64,000 nt of DNA from Chiloscyllium plagiosum. Taxonomy: Eukaryota. Every line of letters begins with the position of its first letter. Position 1 is the first letter of the stretch. The stretch spans positions 17,131,750 to 17,195,749 of the forward strand of contig NC_057749.1 of the NCBI RefSeq assembly GCF_004010195.1. The letters are read 5' to 3'. Below, piece by piece: positions 1-12,330 of this stretch. The notes beneath the pieces are model-generated. The model searched no databases. It saw only the letters and a program-made list of their open reading frames with translations, and was not told where the DNA came from. The translations under genes and the position numbers were made by a program.

Positions 1-1175
1 GGTTGAACTCTATCTGCAACTTCTCAGCCCAGCTCTGCATACTGTCAATGTCCCGCTGCAACCGACAACAGGCCTCCACACTATCCACAACCCTACCAAC
101 CTTTGTGTCATCGACAAACTTACTAACCGACCCTTCCATTTCCTCTTTCAAGTAATTTATAAAAATCACAAAGAGCACAGGTGCCAAGACCGATCCCTGC
201 ACAACACCACTGGTCATCAAACTCTATGTTGAATACTTTCCATTTACCACCACTCTCTGTCTTTGTCTCTATGGACCAGCCAATTCTGTATCCAGACAGA
301 CAGGTTTCCCTGTATCGTATACCTTCTTATTTCCTGAATGAGCTTACCATGGAGAACTTATCAGATGCCTTGCTAACATCCATGTACATCACATCCACTG
401 CTCTGCCTTCTTCAATGTGTTTTGTTACATCCTCTAAGAATTCAATAAGGTTTGGGAGGCATGACCTACCCCTCACAAAGCCATGCTGACTATCATTAAT
501 CAAGCTATGGTTTTCCAAGTAATCATAACTCCTGTCCCTCCGAATCCTGTCCAGTATTTTGCCCACCATTGACATAAGACTGACTGGTATGTAATTTCCA
601 GGATATTCCATTTTCCCTTTCTTGAACAAGGGATTAACTTCTGCCACTCTCCAGTCATCTGGCACAGCTCCAGTGGGCAGTGAGGCCCAGACATCATCGC
701 CAAAGGCACAGCAGCCTCTTCCCTTGCTTCCTGTAGTAAACTAGGGTATATCGTATCTGGCCCAGGGGATTTATTTATCCTCATGATTTCAAAATTTTCA
801 GCACATCCCCTTAATATCAACCCGTTCTAGCATATCAGTCTGTTTCACACTGTCCTCAGAAACATCAAAGTCCCTCTCGGCAGTGAATACTGAAGCAAAG
901 TATTCATTAAGGACCTCTCCTTCCTCCTCTGACTCCAGGCACAAGTTCCCTCCGCTATCCCTGATTGGCCCTACCCTCACTCTGGCCATCCTCTTGTCCC
1001 TCAAATAAGTGTAGAACGCCTTAGGGTTTTTCTGAATCCTATCTGCTAAAGCTTTGTAGTGTCCCCTTCTAGCTCTAAGTCAATTCATTTCCTTCCTGAC
1101 AACTTTGTCACCCTCTAAAGCCCAGTCTGATCCTTGCCTCCTCAACCTTAGCTAAGCTTTCTTCTTCCTCTTGAC
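1..1175 (-). mobile_element. CR1-clade LINE, decayed RT fragment
   Basis: Frameshifted ORFs with KSPGPD, DWRVAEVNPLFKKG, NYIPVSL, SQHGFVRGRSCLPNL, VDVMYMDVSKASDK. Confidence 0.9.
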
Positions 1176-1176
1176 T

Positions 1177-1501
1177 AGATTAGATTAGATTAGATTAGAT
1201 TACTTACAGTGTGGAAACAGGCCCTTCGGCCCAACAAGTCCACACCGACCTGCCAAAGCGCAACCCACCCATACCCCTACATTTACCCCTTACCTAATAT
1301 TACAGGCAATTTAGCATGGCCAATTCACCTGACCTGCACATCTTTGGACTGTGGGAGGAATTCGGAGCACCCGGAGGAAACCCACGCAGACACGGGGAGA
1401 ATGTGCAAACTCCACACAGTCAGTCGCCTGAGGCGGGAATTGAACCCAGGTCTCTGGCGCTGTGAGGCAGCAGTGCTAACCACTGTGCCACCGTGCCGCC
1501 C
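1177..1501 (-). mobile_element. HE1-like tRNA-derived V-SINE
   Basis: Minus strand: head GGCGGCACGGTGGCACAGTGG (A box), GGTTCAATTCC (B box), V-domain GTGGAGTTTGCACATTCTCCCCGTG, CR1-like tail GGGCCGAAGGGCCTGTTTCC, then (TCTAA)n. Confidence 0.9.
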
Positions 1502-1715
1502 ACATCCCTTGTCAGGCAAGGGTCACTCAACATCTGCCATCTGTTTGAGCATAATTCATCTCCAGAACCAAAATATCTATAGAGTACTTTGGATAAGAGT
1601 CAACCTGCAATTAACTTCGAGGTCTGATCTTGTAAGCGAATAATAGTTTTTTTTTTAAATATAATGCTGCTCACAGACCAAAGGTGACCTTCAGCTCTCA
1701 GCTTGCAGTTTTTTT

Positions 1716-2021
1716 TAGATTAGATTAGATTAGATTAGATCCCCTACAGTGTGGAAACAGGCCCTTCGGCCCAACAAGTCCACACCGATCCTCCAAAGAG
1801 CTACCCACCTAGACCCATTCCCCTACATTTACCCCTGACTAATGCACCCAACGCCATGGGCCAATTCACCTAACCTGCACATCTTTGGGCTGTGGGAAGA
1901 AATCGGAGCACCCGGAGGAAACCCATGCAGACACTGGGAGAATGTGCAAACTCCACACAGACAGTCGCCTGAGGCTGGAATCAAACCTGGGACCTGGTGC
2001 TGAGAGGCAGCACTGCTAACC
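1716..2021 (-). mobile_element. HE1-like V-SINE, head truncated
   Basis: Same body and (TCTAA)n tail as 1177-1501. Confidence 0.88.
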
Positions 2022-3685
2022 TCACAGCTCCAAATCAAAAATGATGATAAAGAAAAATCAGTGAGGATTCTAACATTTGCCAAAGTGTCTATGATTATGA
2101 TCAGTCTTTTCTCGGGTAATATTTTGATCAGTAGTACAATCGGAAAACCTAAAACTCAAAGGTATTGCATTGTTTGCTGCATTACTTGTTATCCAAATGA
2201 TAATTGAAATTAATCATTTCTAAAGTTTTAGATTTTTGGGTCTGTGTAGAACCACTGGAGACTCAATCCAGTTGTTTCATATTTCTTTAGCTTAAGATGA
2301 CTGTATGCTTATTAAATTTTGGCTTATCTATTCTAAGACGTATAGTAAGAACTATAATATTGTGGGAACAATCCAAAGAGCTTATTTTAAAATTTTACTA
2401 AGACTGATCATTTGTAAATTGCTGTATCAGAGCTGATATTTCCTTTTTCACGCAGGATGATTTTGAAAGGACTTTTATTTCTGTTAAGGATTGTGTTTTC
2501 CTAAAATTCTTCATTTGCAAAAAAAATGCCAAAGGAAGGATTATGCATGAATTCTAATCTTTCGTTATTTTGTGGTGGTGACCTTGCTCTTTATACTTTC
2601 ACCATTATGCTGAGATTTGTAGAACTGGTGACTGAGATATGATTTTCCATTTTCAGTACTCTGGTGTGGTGTGATGTTGCGGAAGGACATCCCCTTGGGC
2701 CCTGCATTCCCATGCATCAGTTTGTCCTTATGCTTCTGATTCTTTTGGTGAAATGGCTTAAAAAATTGCTGAAAATTGGCTTTTTTCTTTGAAGGTGGTA
2801 GTTATCTTAGTCTGTGTGATCATTAATAAGCTCTTACTAGGCCAAAACTATCTATGATCGTGTTTGCTACATTTCCTTTCATTGTGACTTGACGACTGCC
2901 TGAAATTCCTGTTAGTTTTTGTGTTCCTGTGTGGTTTGATATGAAATTCCAATCTTTTTCCTGTGGCTCACCAGAATGTCAGCCAACTAGTCTGTCATCT
3001 TATATCTGCTTGGGAAATGTGTGTGTGCAAACTTATATGATACAGACCCATTATGGCTAATTCAATCTAAGAATCACATATGATAATCCTTTCATAAATA
3101 TAAAAATCTACTCCGAAAAAGGTCACAAGTGAGAACTGGTAAATCTAACCCATCCATCTTCTAAGAGACTTCAGCGACTGCCCAAGCTCAAGTCATTTCA
3201 GTTAACCCTGATTTTGGGATCTCCTTTTCTCTGTGGCTCATTTGTATATAACAGTGCATTTGTGTTGTGTGTGATATATTTCAGTTGTAATCACTAACTC
3301 TGGGTGTTAATGGTACTGCAGCACAATTACTGCATGTCCTAAATCTCTGACATTTAATCTTGCATCTGTTTCTTCATTCCAGAATGCTGTCTAAGTAATC
3401 CTGCTTCTATTACTCTGCTCCTTATCTTTGTAGTTTGAACATTACATTTGTTTGTTCTGATTATTTTGCTAATTTAATAGTTCTCTTTTAAGAGGTGGCC
3501 AATGAGAATAGGTGCAATTTATTTCTTTATTGGTGCTGTCAGTTCTATAAGCACAAACAGAATTCTTGCCCTCCCCATTCATAGAAACGTGCAGTAATTC
3601 AGAACAGGATTTGAACCAGGATTTCTGGTTTCTAACTTGATGCCTTGTGGTCAGTGGTTTATACATGGAATTAAGTAGAAATTCC

Positions 3686-4470
3686 ATGCTGACCAGGTTT
3701 CCTAAAATGAACTAGTCTCATTTTCCCATGTTGGGCCCATATCCCTCTAAACCCTTCCTATTCGTGTACACGTCCAGATGTCTTTCAAATGTTGTAATTG
3801 TACCTGCCTCTGTCACTTCCTATGGCAGCTCATTCCATTTATGCACCACCTTCTGTGTGGAAAAAGCTGTTCCTCAGGTCCCAAATAAATCTTTCTACTC
3901 CCTTTAAACTTATGCCCTCTAGCTTTGGACTCCCCTACTCTGGGGGAAAGACCTTAACTATTCACCTTATCTATGCCCCTCATGATTTTATAAACCTCGA
4001 TAAGCACACCCCTCAGCCTCCTACGCTCTGGGTTTAAAAAAATGTCCCAGCCAATCTCGTCCCTCATTATATCTTGAACCTTTTACAACATCCTTAAATC
4101 TTTTTTGCATCCTTCCCAGTTTAATAACATCCTTTTTCAAGCAGGACTATCAGAATTGTGAGCAGTACTCAAAATGTCTTGTACAGCCGTAACATCCCAA
4201 CCCCTGTACTCAGTGCTCTGACTGATGAAGGCAAATATGCCAAATGCTGCCTTCACCACTCTGTCTAACTGTAATGCCACTTTTAAGGAACTATGTGCCT
4301 GCATCCCCTATGTCTTACTGTTTGACAACACTTCCCAGTGCCCTACCATAAACTCTGCAAGTCCTGTTATGGTTTATGTTACCAAAATGCAATGCCTTTC
4401 ATTTGCCATTCTTTAACCACAGGCCCAGTTGATCAAGATGCTGTTGTACTTTTAGATAACCTTTTACACT
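3686..4470 (-). mobile_element. CR1 LINE 3' fragment
   Basis: Similar to the CR1 3' ends at 48158-49080 and 52208-52805. Confidence 0.8.
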
Positions 4471-4605
4471 TGTTATCACATATCTTTTAATTCCCCTTGA
4501 CAGTTACAGCTTCAATCACCACCAAGTCTGTTGGTGCATTCTGAGCCTCTGAACCTTCTGTGTAAGGAGCTTTATTCATGTTTCTCAGCCAGGTCATAAA
4601 TATAG

Positions 4606-6521
4606 CTGAAAATGTGTTGCTGGAAAAGCGCAGCAGGTCAGGCAGCATCCAGGGAACAGGATAATCGACGTTTCAGGCATAAGCCCTTCTTCAGGAATGA
4701 GGAAAGTTTGTCCAGCAGGCTAAGATAAAAGATAGGGAGGAGGGACTTGGGGGAGGGGCCTCGGAAATGCGATTGGTGGAAAGAGGTCAAGGTGAGGGTG
4801 ATAGGTCAGACNNNNNNNNNNNNNNNNNNNNNNNNNNNNNNNNNNNNNNNNNNNNNNNNNNNNNNNNNNNNNNNNNNNNNNNNNNNNNNNNNNNNNNNNN
4901 NNNNNNNNNNNNNNNNNNNNNNNNNNNNNNNNNNNNNNNNNNNNNNNNNNNNNNNNNNNNNNNNNNNNNNNNNNNNNNNNNNNNNNNNNNNNNNNNNNNN
5001 NNNNNNNNNNNNNNNNNNNNNNNNNNNNNNNNNNNNNNNNNNNNNNNNNNNNNNNNNNNNNNNNNNNNNNNNNNNNNNNNNNNNNNNNNNNNNNNNNNNN
5101 NNNNNNNNNNNNNNNNNNNNNNNNNNNNNNNNNNNNNNNNNNNNNNNNNNNNNNNNNNNNCGCCAGTCAAGCTGAAGACTCTGGATCCAATCCATACTGT
5201 ACCAATCCACACTGTACCACACTGTACCTTCAGCTTCAATGCCAACTGTTCCAAAGACAAAGGCCAATGATCCACACCCAAGTTGCTCCATCTCAAACAC
5301 CTACCGCCCAACAAATATTCTGTTCCTTTACCAAGATGCTTTGTCCTCTATCGTCTCAAGGAATATCATGTGGGCTCCACGCCAACTGTTTGCTAAACAA
5401 AGGGAGCTGAGATCGGAACCGACGAAGAGAGTATTGGAAGGTGTGAGAGGTGCATACAGATTGCAAGAGGTAGGAGGAGCGAGGAAAAACAGGGTGATAG
5501 AGAGGGGGCAGTGAAAAAAAGACTAAAAACTGAAGGAGGCCAGACAGTGAGAGAGGTTCAGTGTGACCATGGGAGGACGATACGGAGGGGAGAAAAGAAG
5601 GGAGAGTTATGAATTCTGCCGAGGCCCAGTCGGAGTGGGTGACCAAGAGGTGAAAGCAAGGACAATGTTCCTTAAACATAACTCCTGAACTCGGAACTCC
5701 TGTGCGCTTCCAACACCATTCTCTGACAATTTGGACGTCGTGAACAGTCTATTTCTCCACTCTCAACTTCTTCATATTGTTAATTCTGCTGCTTATCATG
5801 TCTTAATGAGCATTTTAATCCTTTGCAAATTAAAGTTGTTGATATCTCCCTTGTCTGCTGGTTTGATAGTGAGGTTGGGGTTGGAACGGAGGGAGTGGAG
5901 GGCTGCACGTTCCGATGTCTGCTGGTTTGATAATGAGTTGGGGTTGCAACGGAGGGAGTGGAGGACTGCGCGTTCAGAGGGTGAGAGGTTGGAGTGGGTG
6001 AGAGGGGTGGGGGAGTTCAGGTGGCGGTTAATATCGCGGCGGCAGTTGGCTATGAAGAGTTCGAGGGCAGGTAGGAGGCCAGCACGGGGTGTCCAGGTGG
6101 ATGGGGTGTGTGGCGTGGGGGCGTGGTGATGGCGATCGGCGAAGGGGCGGGGTTAGACTTGGTGACGGATATCATGGCGTGACATCGAACAATTCTTCCG
6201 CCGCCTTCGCCTCCGCCTACTTGCGGAGTGTTTCAGAGAACACCTCTGGGACACCCGGACCAACCAACCCAACCACCCTGTGGCTCAACACTTCAACTTC
6301 CCCTCTTCCACCTATCACATTTCCGACGCCCCTCCCCCAAGTCCCTCCTCCCTACCTTTTATCTTAGCCTGCTGGACAAACTTTCCTCATTCCTGAAGAA
6401 GGGCTTATGCCCGAAATATCGATTCTCCTGTTCCCTGGATGCTGCCTGACCTGCTGCGCTTTTCCAGCAACACATTTACACCTCTGATCTCCAGCATCTG
6501 CAGACCTCACTTTCTCCTCAA
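4606..6521 (+). mobile_element. Composite non-autonomous PLE insertion with inverted ends (spans a gap)
   Basis: 15-bp TSD AGGTCATAAATATAG (4591-4605, 6522-6536). 4606-4770 is the reverse complement of about 6320-6477. Interior holds PLE peptides: IKPADKG (minus, ~5850), FFRRLRL and FREHLWDTRTNQPNHPVAQHFN (plus, 6190-6300). Confidence 0.8.
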
Positions 6522-6829
6522 AGGTCATAAATATAGTCTTTCTTTCTCGTTCTAGAACTCTGTGACTGGTGACAGTCTGTTGATAACTCCTTTTCAGCAG
6601 TTCATAATTTTTAAAAAATGCTTCTGTCAACCATTCTAACAAACAGTTACAACTTTTTCAGTCTTCCTTTGTGTTTATACTTCTTTATACTGGCCATCCT
6701 TTGAGTGAATCAATGTTGTATCATCTATATTGCTTTAGATTTTCTTTGTGTTGTGAAGCCTGGAAGTGTAATCTGGATGCTTAACTGTAATTGGCTTTAT
6801 ATGGATTTAAAAAAACTTACACTTTCAGG

Positions 6830-8520
6830 AAAATCTCAAAGCTTTTTATTCATATATAACGAGCAAGGGAGTAACTAGAGAAAGGGTTGGCCCACTCAAG
6901 GACAAAGGAGGAAAGTTATTTGTGGAATCAGAGAAAATGGGTGAGATTCTTAATGAGTACTTTGCATCGGTATTCATTGAGGAGAGGGACGTGACGGATG
7001 TTGAGGTTAGGGATAGATGTTTGATTACTGTAGGTCAAGTCGGCATAAGGAGGGAGGAAAGAAATGTTAGGTATTCTAAAAGGCGTTGAGGTGGACAAGT
7101 CACCAGGTCCGAATGGAATCTATCCCTGGTTACTGAGAGAAGCGAGGGAGGAAATAGCTGGGGCCTTAACAGATATCTTTGCAACATCCTTGAACATGGG
7201 TGAGGTTCCGGAAGAGTGGAGAACTGCTAATGTTGTCCCCTTGTTTAAGAAGAGTACCAGGGATGATCCAGGTAATTATAGACCGGTGAACCTGATGTCA
7301 GTGGTAGGGAAGCAGCTGCTGGCGAAGATACTGAGGGATAGGATCTGTTCCTATTTGGAAGAAAGTGGGCTTATCAGTGATAGGCAACATGGTTTTGTAC
7401 AGGGAAGGTCATGCCTTATCACCTTAATAGAGTCATTGATGGGAGAAAGGCTGCAGATGTCATGTATGTAGACTTGAGTAAGGTGTTTTATAAGGTACCC
7501 CATGGTAAGTTAATGGAGAAGGTGAAGTCTCATGAGTTCCAGGGTATACTAGCCAGATGGATAGAGATGTGGGCTGGGCAACAGGAGACAGAAGCAATGG
7601 AAGGGAGTTTCTCAAAGTGGAGACCTGTGACCGGTGGTGTTCCACATGGATCTGTGCTGGGACCACTGTTTGTGATATACATAGAAGATTTGGAGGAAGG
7701 TATACGTAGTCTGATTTGCAAGTTTGCAGATAGTTAAGAGGACTGTCTGAGAATACAGCAGAATATTGATAGATTGGAGAGTTGGGCAGAGAAACAACAG
7801 ATGGAGTTCAATCTGGGCAAATGCGAGGTGATGCATTTTGGAAGATCCAATTCAAGAATGAACTGTACAGTAAATGGAAAAGTCCTGGGGAAAATAGAGA
7901 GATCTGGGTGTTTGGGTCCATTGTTGCCGGAACGTGGCAACGCAGGTCAACAGAGTGGTCAAGAAGGCATAAGGCATGCTTTCCTTCATTGGACGGGGTA
8001 TTGAGTACAAGAGGTGGCAGGCCATGTTACAATTGTATAAACCTTTGGTTTGGAGAGGATGCAGAGGCGGTTCCCGAGGATGTTGCCTGGCATAGAGGGC
8101 ACTAACTATGAAGAGAGGTTGAGTAGATTAGGATTATTTTCATTAGAAAGTCACAGGTTGAGGGGGGAGGATCTGATTGAGGTCTACAAAATCATGAGAG
8201 GTATAGACAGGGTGGATAGCAAGAAGCTTTTTCCCCACAGTGGGAGACTGAATTACTAGGGGTCATGAGTTCAAAGTCAGAGGGGAAAAGTTTAGGGGAG
8301 ATATGTGTGGAAAGGTCTTTATGCAGAGGATGGTGGGTGCCTGAAATGTGTTGCCAGCGGAGGTGGTGGGGCGGGCACGATAACGTCATTTAAGATGTAA
8401 CTAGATAGATACATGAATGGGCAAAGAGCAGAAAATAGGCGACAGGTTTAGATAGAGGATCTGGATTGGCGCAAGCTTGGAGGGCTGAAGGGCCTGTTCC
8501 TATGCTGTCATTTTCTTTGT
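6830..8520 (+). mobile_element. CR1 LINE, 5'-truncated, decayed RT and 3' end
   Basis: KSPGPNGIYP, WRTANVVPLFKK, NYRPVNL, QHGFVQGRSC, GVPHGSVLGP, KFADS, RGEDLIEVYKI. Confidence 0.92.
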
Positions 8521-10677
8521 TCTTTTCAGATTTATATGTAAGACTTCTCATCAGAAAACACTAATCCTATTAAATTTTTATTACTTTGATAACTTGTGAT
8601 GAGTTTTTATTAAGATTTACTGCACACTGCCTTCCCTCATTCAAGGTATAATTACTTTTAATTTTTTTTCAACTAAACTGCTTCACCTCTCAGTTGTTGA
8701 TATTAAAATATCATCTGGTACTATTTTATCCATCTGTTACCTTATTTGTCCTCTTGTAGTTCAGTTTGGGTCCCTGGAATATTTAGTCTGCCTCCTATTA
8801 TAACACCATGTAAGAATTTGGACGTCATTCCTTCCTATTTTCACTCAACTATTGTTTGAACTGAAGTAGTGATTGTCTATTTTCATCATACCTGTGTAGG
8901 AATTATTATTTAAGATATCATGTCAGTGTTCTTTTAGCAGAATGGGGGAGAGAACTTTAAAAGTAATGAGCTTTAAACAAGTGTAGAAAAGGATAAGATA
9001 GAGAGGAAGAAAGGAAATGATGTGAGAAGTCCTTGATTGCTTACAATATTTAACTGTAATGAGCATGATCACCTTGTGTGACAGTTGAAAAATACACACC
9101 TTATATTTCCGTTCCATTGTTAGGTGAAATATGTCGTAAATCGTTTTGTGCTGTATTATGGGTAAGTCTTGCCACTTCAAATTATTTAGAGGCGATTTGT
9201 AGTGTAGTTTTCTTAAACTGAGAATTTTTTGACACTCAACGTGGGTATAGTTGGATATCCATGAGTTCAAAACAACTGAATTGCTGCAAAATATTTTGTT
9301 GAAAAATATATTTAACTTGCTGTAGCTTGGGAATGAATGTTATAATTCATTAATTTTATAGTGGAGGAAAAATGTGTGTTTTGAAAGGTTTGGGAGATAT
9401 TCATTGGACAACTTATTTATGCCTAAGTATTGCTGTCTCATCAAAATCATAATTCCTGCAATTAGCAAAACAATAAATTCAACTGTTCTTTGTTGCCCCC
9501 TCATTATTCCTGTTTCATTTTCTAAATTACAGTAGTTGATGTTAAACTTAAAACGTTGGTAACATTGAATTTTACTATTCTATTGAAAACATCATCTGAT
9601 CAAACTATTTCCAAATATTTCAGGGTAGTTTGATCAGGAATATTATATCAAGTTCATCTTCAAGTGTAAGTGTATAGGGAGAAATATTTAATTTCAAATT
9701 AGCTTCAAGCAGAAGAAAAAATAACATAGAAAATTGAATAAAAAGAAAGTGGAAACATTAAAATGTGAAAATATGCAGCGAATGATTAATCCCAAAGGAA
9801 TTTGCTTTTTAAACCTAAGGACATTGTGTATAACCTGAAATATATTTTTAACCCATGGTATACAACGGTAAATCTCTGTAGACTGTCCTTATTTGTATTT
9901 TGTAATGCTGAGTAATTCGAACCTGCATGTATTGACCAGTCACTTTGTAAGAACAGAATTAGGATGCAGAAAAGGCTTGTTCAGCTGGCTCCACTCTTCA
10001 GGTTGCATTCTAATTGTTTTTAAAATGGACTTCCAGTTCCTTAGCCCTCTCTCAACTGTTCATATTTTAATAATTTCGCTATCTTGAGCTGTGATATTTT
10101 CAAGCTTCAATAATTTGGGTACAAAATGGGTAGGGTTCAACTTACTCTAGGATCTTCCAATTCCAATGCAAGCTTGCAGGCAACCTTTAAAGGATGACAT
10201 ATTTCAAACAGTCCCATTCAGAGTATGTCGGGTGTGAAGCAAATGCTAATAAGTCAGAAGGAATACATAAAGAAAGCAGTGTTTTGGAAAGCAGTGCAAC
10301 TGTAGCAGATTGCCACAGTGGAGATTCTGTATCAGTTTCTCGGCTGATAATTTAATGTAATTGAAGCTGGTTCCTTTCAGGGATATTTTTATCAGTTGAA
10401 ACTAATTTCTTGGCAACTTATTCTGTTGTTTGTGGTGAAAACAGTATTTAGTAGTTCTTTTTGGAAGGCTACTTAGATTTGAGAGATCTAATGACTTCAA
10501 GACTGCACATTTGAGCTTAAATATAATGTTCCATTACATCTCACTAAGACTTTTACGACTTTTATAACAATAACAACTTGAATTTATCTGGCACATTTTA
10601 CTTATGTCATAAGGTTGCTAAGTGCTTCATAGGAGCAAATTATCAAGCCACAGAAGGAGCTATAAGGACAGATAACA

Positions 10678-11022
10678 GGGCAGCATGGTGGCTCAGTGGT
10701 TAGCACCGGTGCCTCAGAGCACCATGGACACAGATTTGATTCAACCCTCGAGTGGCTGGCTATATGGAGTTTGCTCATTCTCCCCGTATCTATGTGGGTT
10801 TTCTCTGGTTTCCTCCCACTACCCAAAGTTGAGCAGGTTAGGTTGGTTGGCCATGCTAATTGCCCATGGTGTCCAAGGATGTGCAGGTTAGATGGATTAG
10901 CCATTGAAAATACAGGGTTACAGGGATAAGAGTAGTGGAATGGTTCTGGTGGGAAGCTCTTCAGAGGGTTGGTGTGGACTCAGTGGGCCAAATAGCCTGC
11001 TGCCACATTGTAGGGATTCTAT
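10678..11022 (+). mobile_element. Older V-SINE (HE1-like)
   Basis: GGGCAGCATGGTGGCTCAGTGGTTAGCAC head, V-domain, GGGCCAAATAGCCTG tail. Confidence 0.82.
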
Positions 11023-11379
11023 TAGAAAAAAAATTGCATCACAAGACTTTAAGGGATGCTTTAAAGAGGAAAAGATAATGTTTATGGATGTGGAGCCAGA
11101 ACTAATGTTTGGGGAGTAGAAAACACTGCTGATGGACTGATTAAGATCAGGGATGGATTAATGGTCATAATTGGAGGAATACAGATATCTTATGAGGGGT
11201 GTAAGGTTGGCGAAGCCCTGGATGGGAGAATTGAGATGATGTACAGATTTGAAACTCAAAACGAGAATTTTGAAGTTGACATATTGCCTATTTTATAAAA
11301 TAATTTCATTTTACCACTTTCCCTCCCCATAATGTTGTGTTGACTCCTATTTTAGTAATGGTTCCATGGTTGGCAGTAA

Positions 11380-12330
11380 TTCCATACGATATAGGAGCTG
11401 AAATTGGGCCATTCAGCCCATTGATTTTGATCCTCTATCAAGTCATGGCTGATAAGTTTCTCAACCCACATTTCCCGCTTTCTCCCTGTAACTCTTGATC
11501 CCCGTGACAATTGAGAACCTACTATCTCCGTCTTAAATATACTCAATGACATGGTCTGCACAGCTTTCTGTGGCAATGAATTTCATAGATTCACCACTGT
11601 CTGGCTGAAGAAGTTTCTCCTGATCTCCATTCTAAAGGGTCTTCTCTTTACACTAAGGCTGTGCCCTCAGGTCCGAGTCTCTCCTACCAGTGGACACATT
11701 CTGAACATTCACTTTGTCCAGGCCATTCAATATTCTGTACATTTCAATTAGATCCCCCTCATCCTTCTAAACTCCGTCGAGTGTAGACCAGAGTTCTCAA
11801 ATGTTCCTCTTACATTAAGCTTTTCATTCCTGGGACCATTCTTATGAACCTGTTCTGAACACACTGCAGGGCCAGTACATTCTTCCTGAGATATGGAGCC
11901 CAAAACTGCACATAAATCTCTAAATGTGGCCTGACCAGAGACCTACAGAGCCTCAGAAGTGCATCCTTACAAAATATTCAAGTTCTCTCAAAATAAATGC
12001 CAACATTGCATTTGCCTTCTGACTCAATCTGTAAGTTTACCTTGAGACAATCCTGGACTAGCACTCCCAAGTCTCTTTGCACTTCAGACTTCTGAATTTT
12101 CGTCCCATTTAGAAAATAGACTGTTCTTCTTACAAAAGTGTGTGCCCTCACACTTTCCCACATTGTATTCCGTCTGGCAATTCTTTGCCCACTCTTCTAA
12201 CCTTTTGCAGCCTTCTGCCGCCTCGATATACCTGTCTCTCTACTTACCTTTGAATCGTCTGCAAACTTAGCCAGAATGCCCTCAGATCCTTCATCTAGAT
12301 CATTAATGTATAAAGTGAAAAGTTGTCATA
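11380..12330 (-). mobile_element. CR1 LINE 3' fragment
   Basis: Minus strand KFADD-type motif (aagtttgcagacgat) and QRDLGVLV; 3' end resembles 63600-63896. Confidence 0.82.

Noticed and set aside
1430..1501. tRNA gene-like A/B boxes
   Set aside because: These are SINE heads followed by a V-domain and LINE tail.
4747..5314. Long ORFs containing X runs (also 22425-23026 and 62795-63737)
   Set aside because: Artefacts of N gaps.
8923..10087. Short ORFs in AT-rich DNA, here and across the window
   Set aside because: No recognisable domains or splice support; expected by chance.
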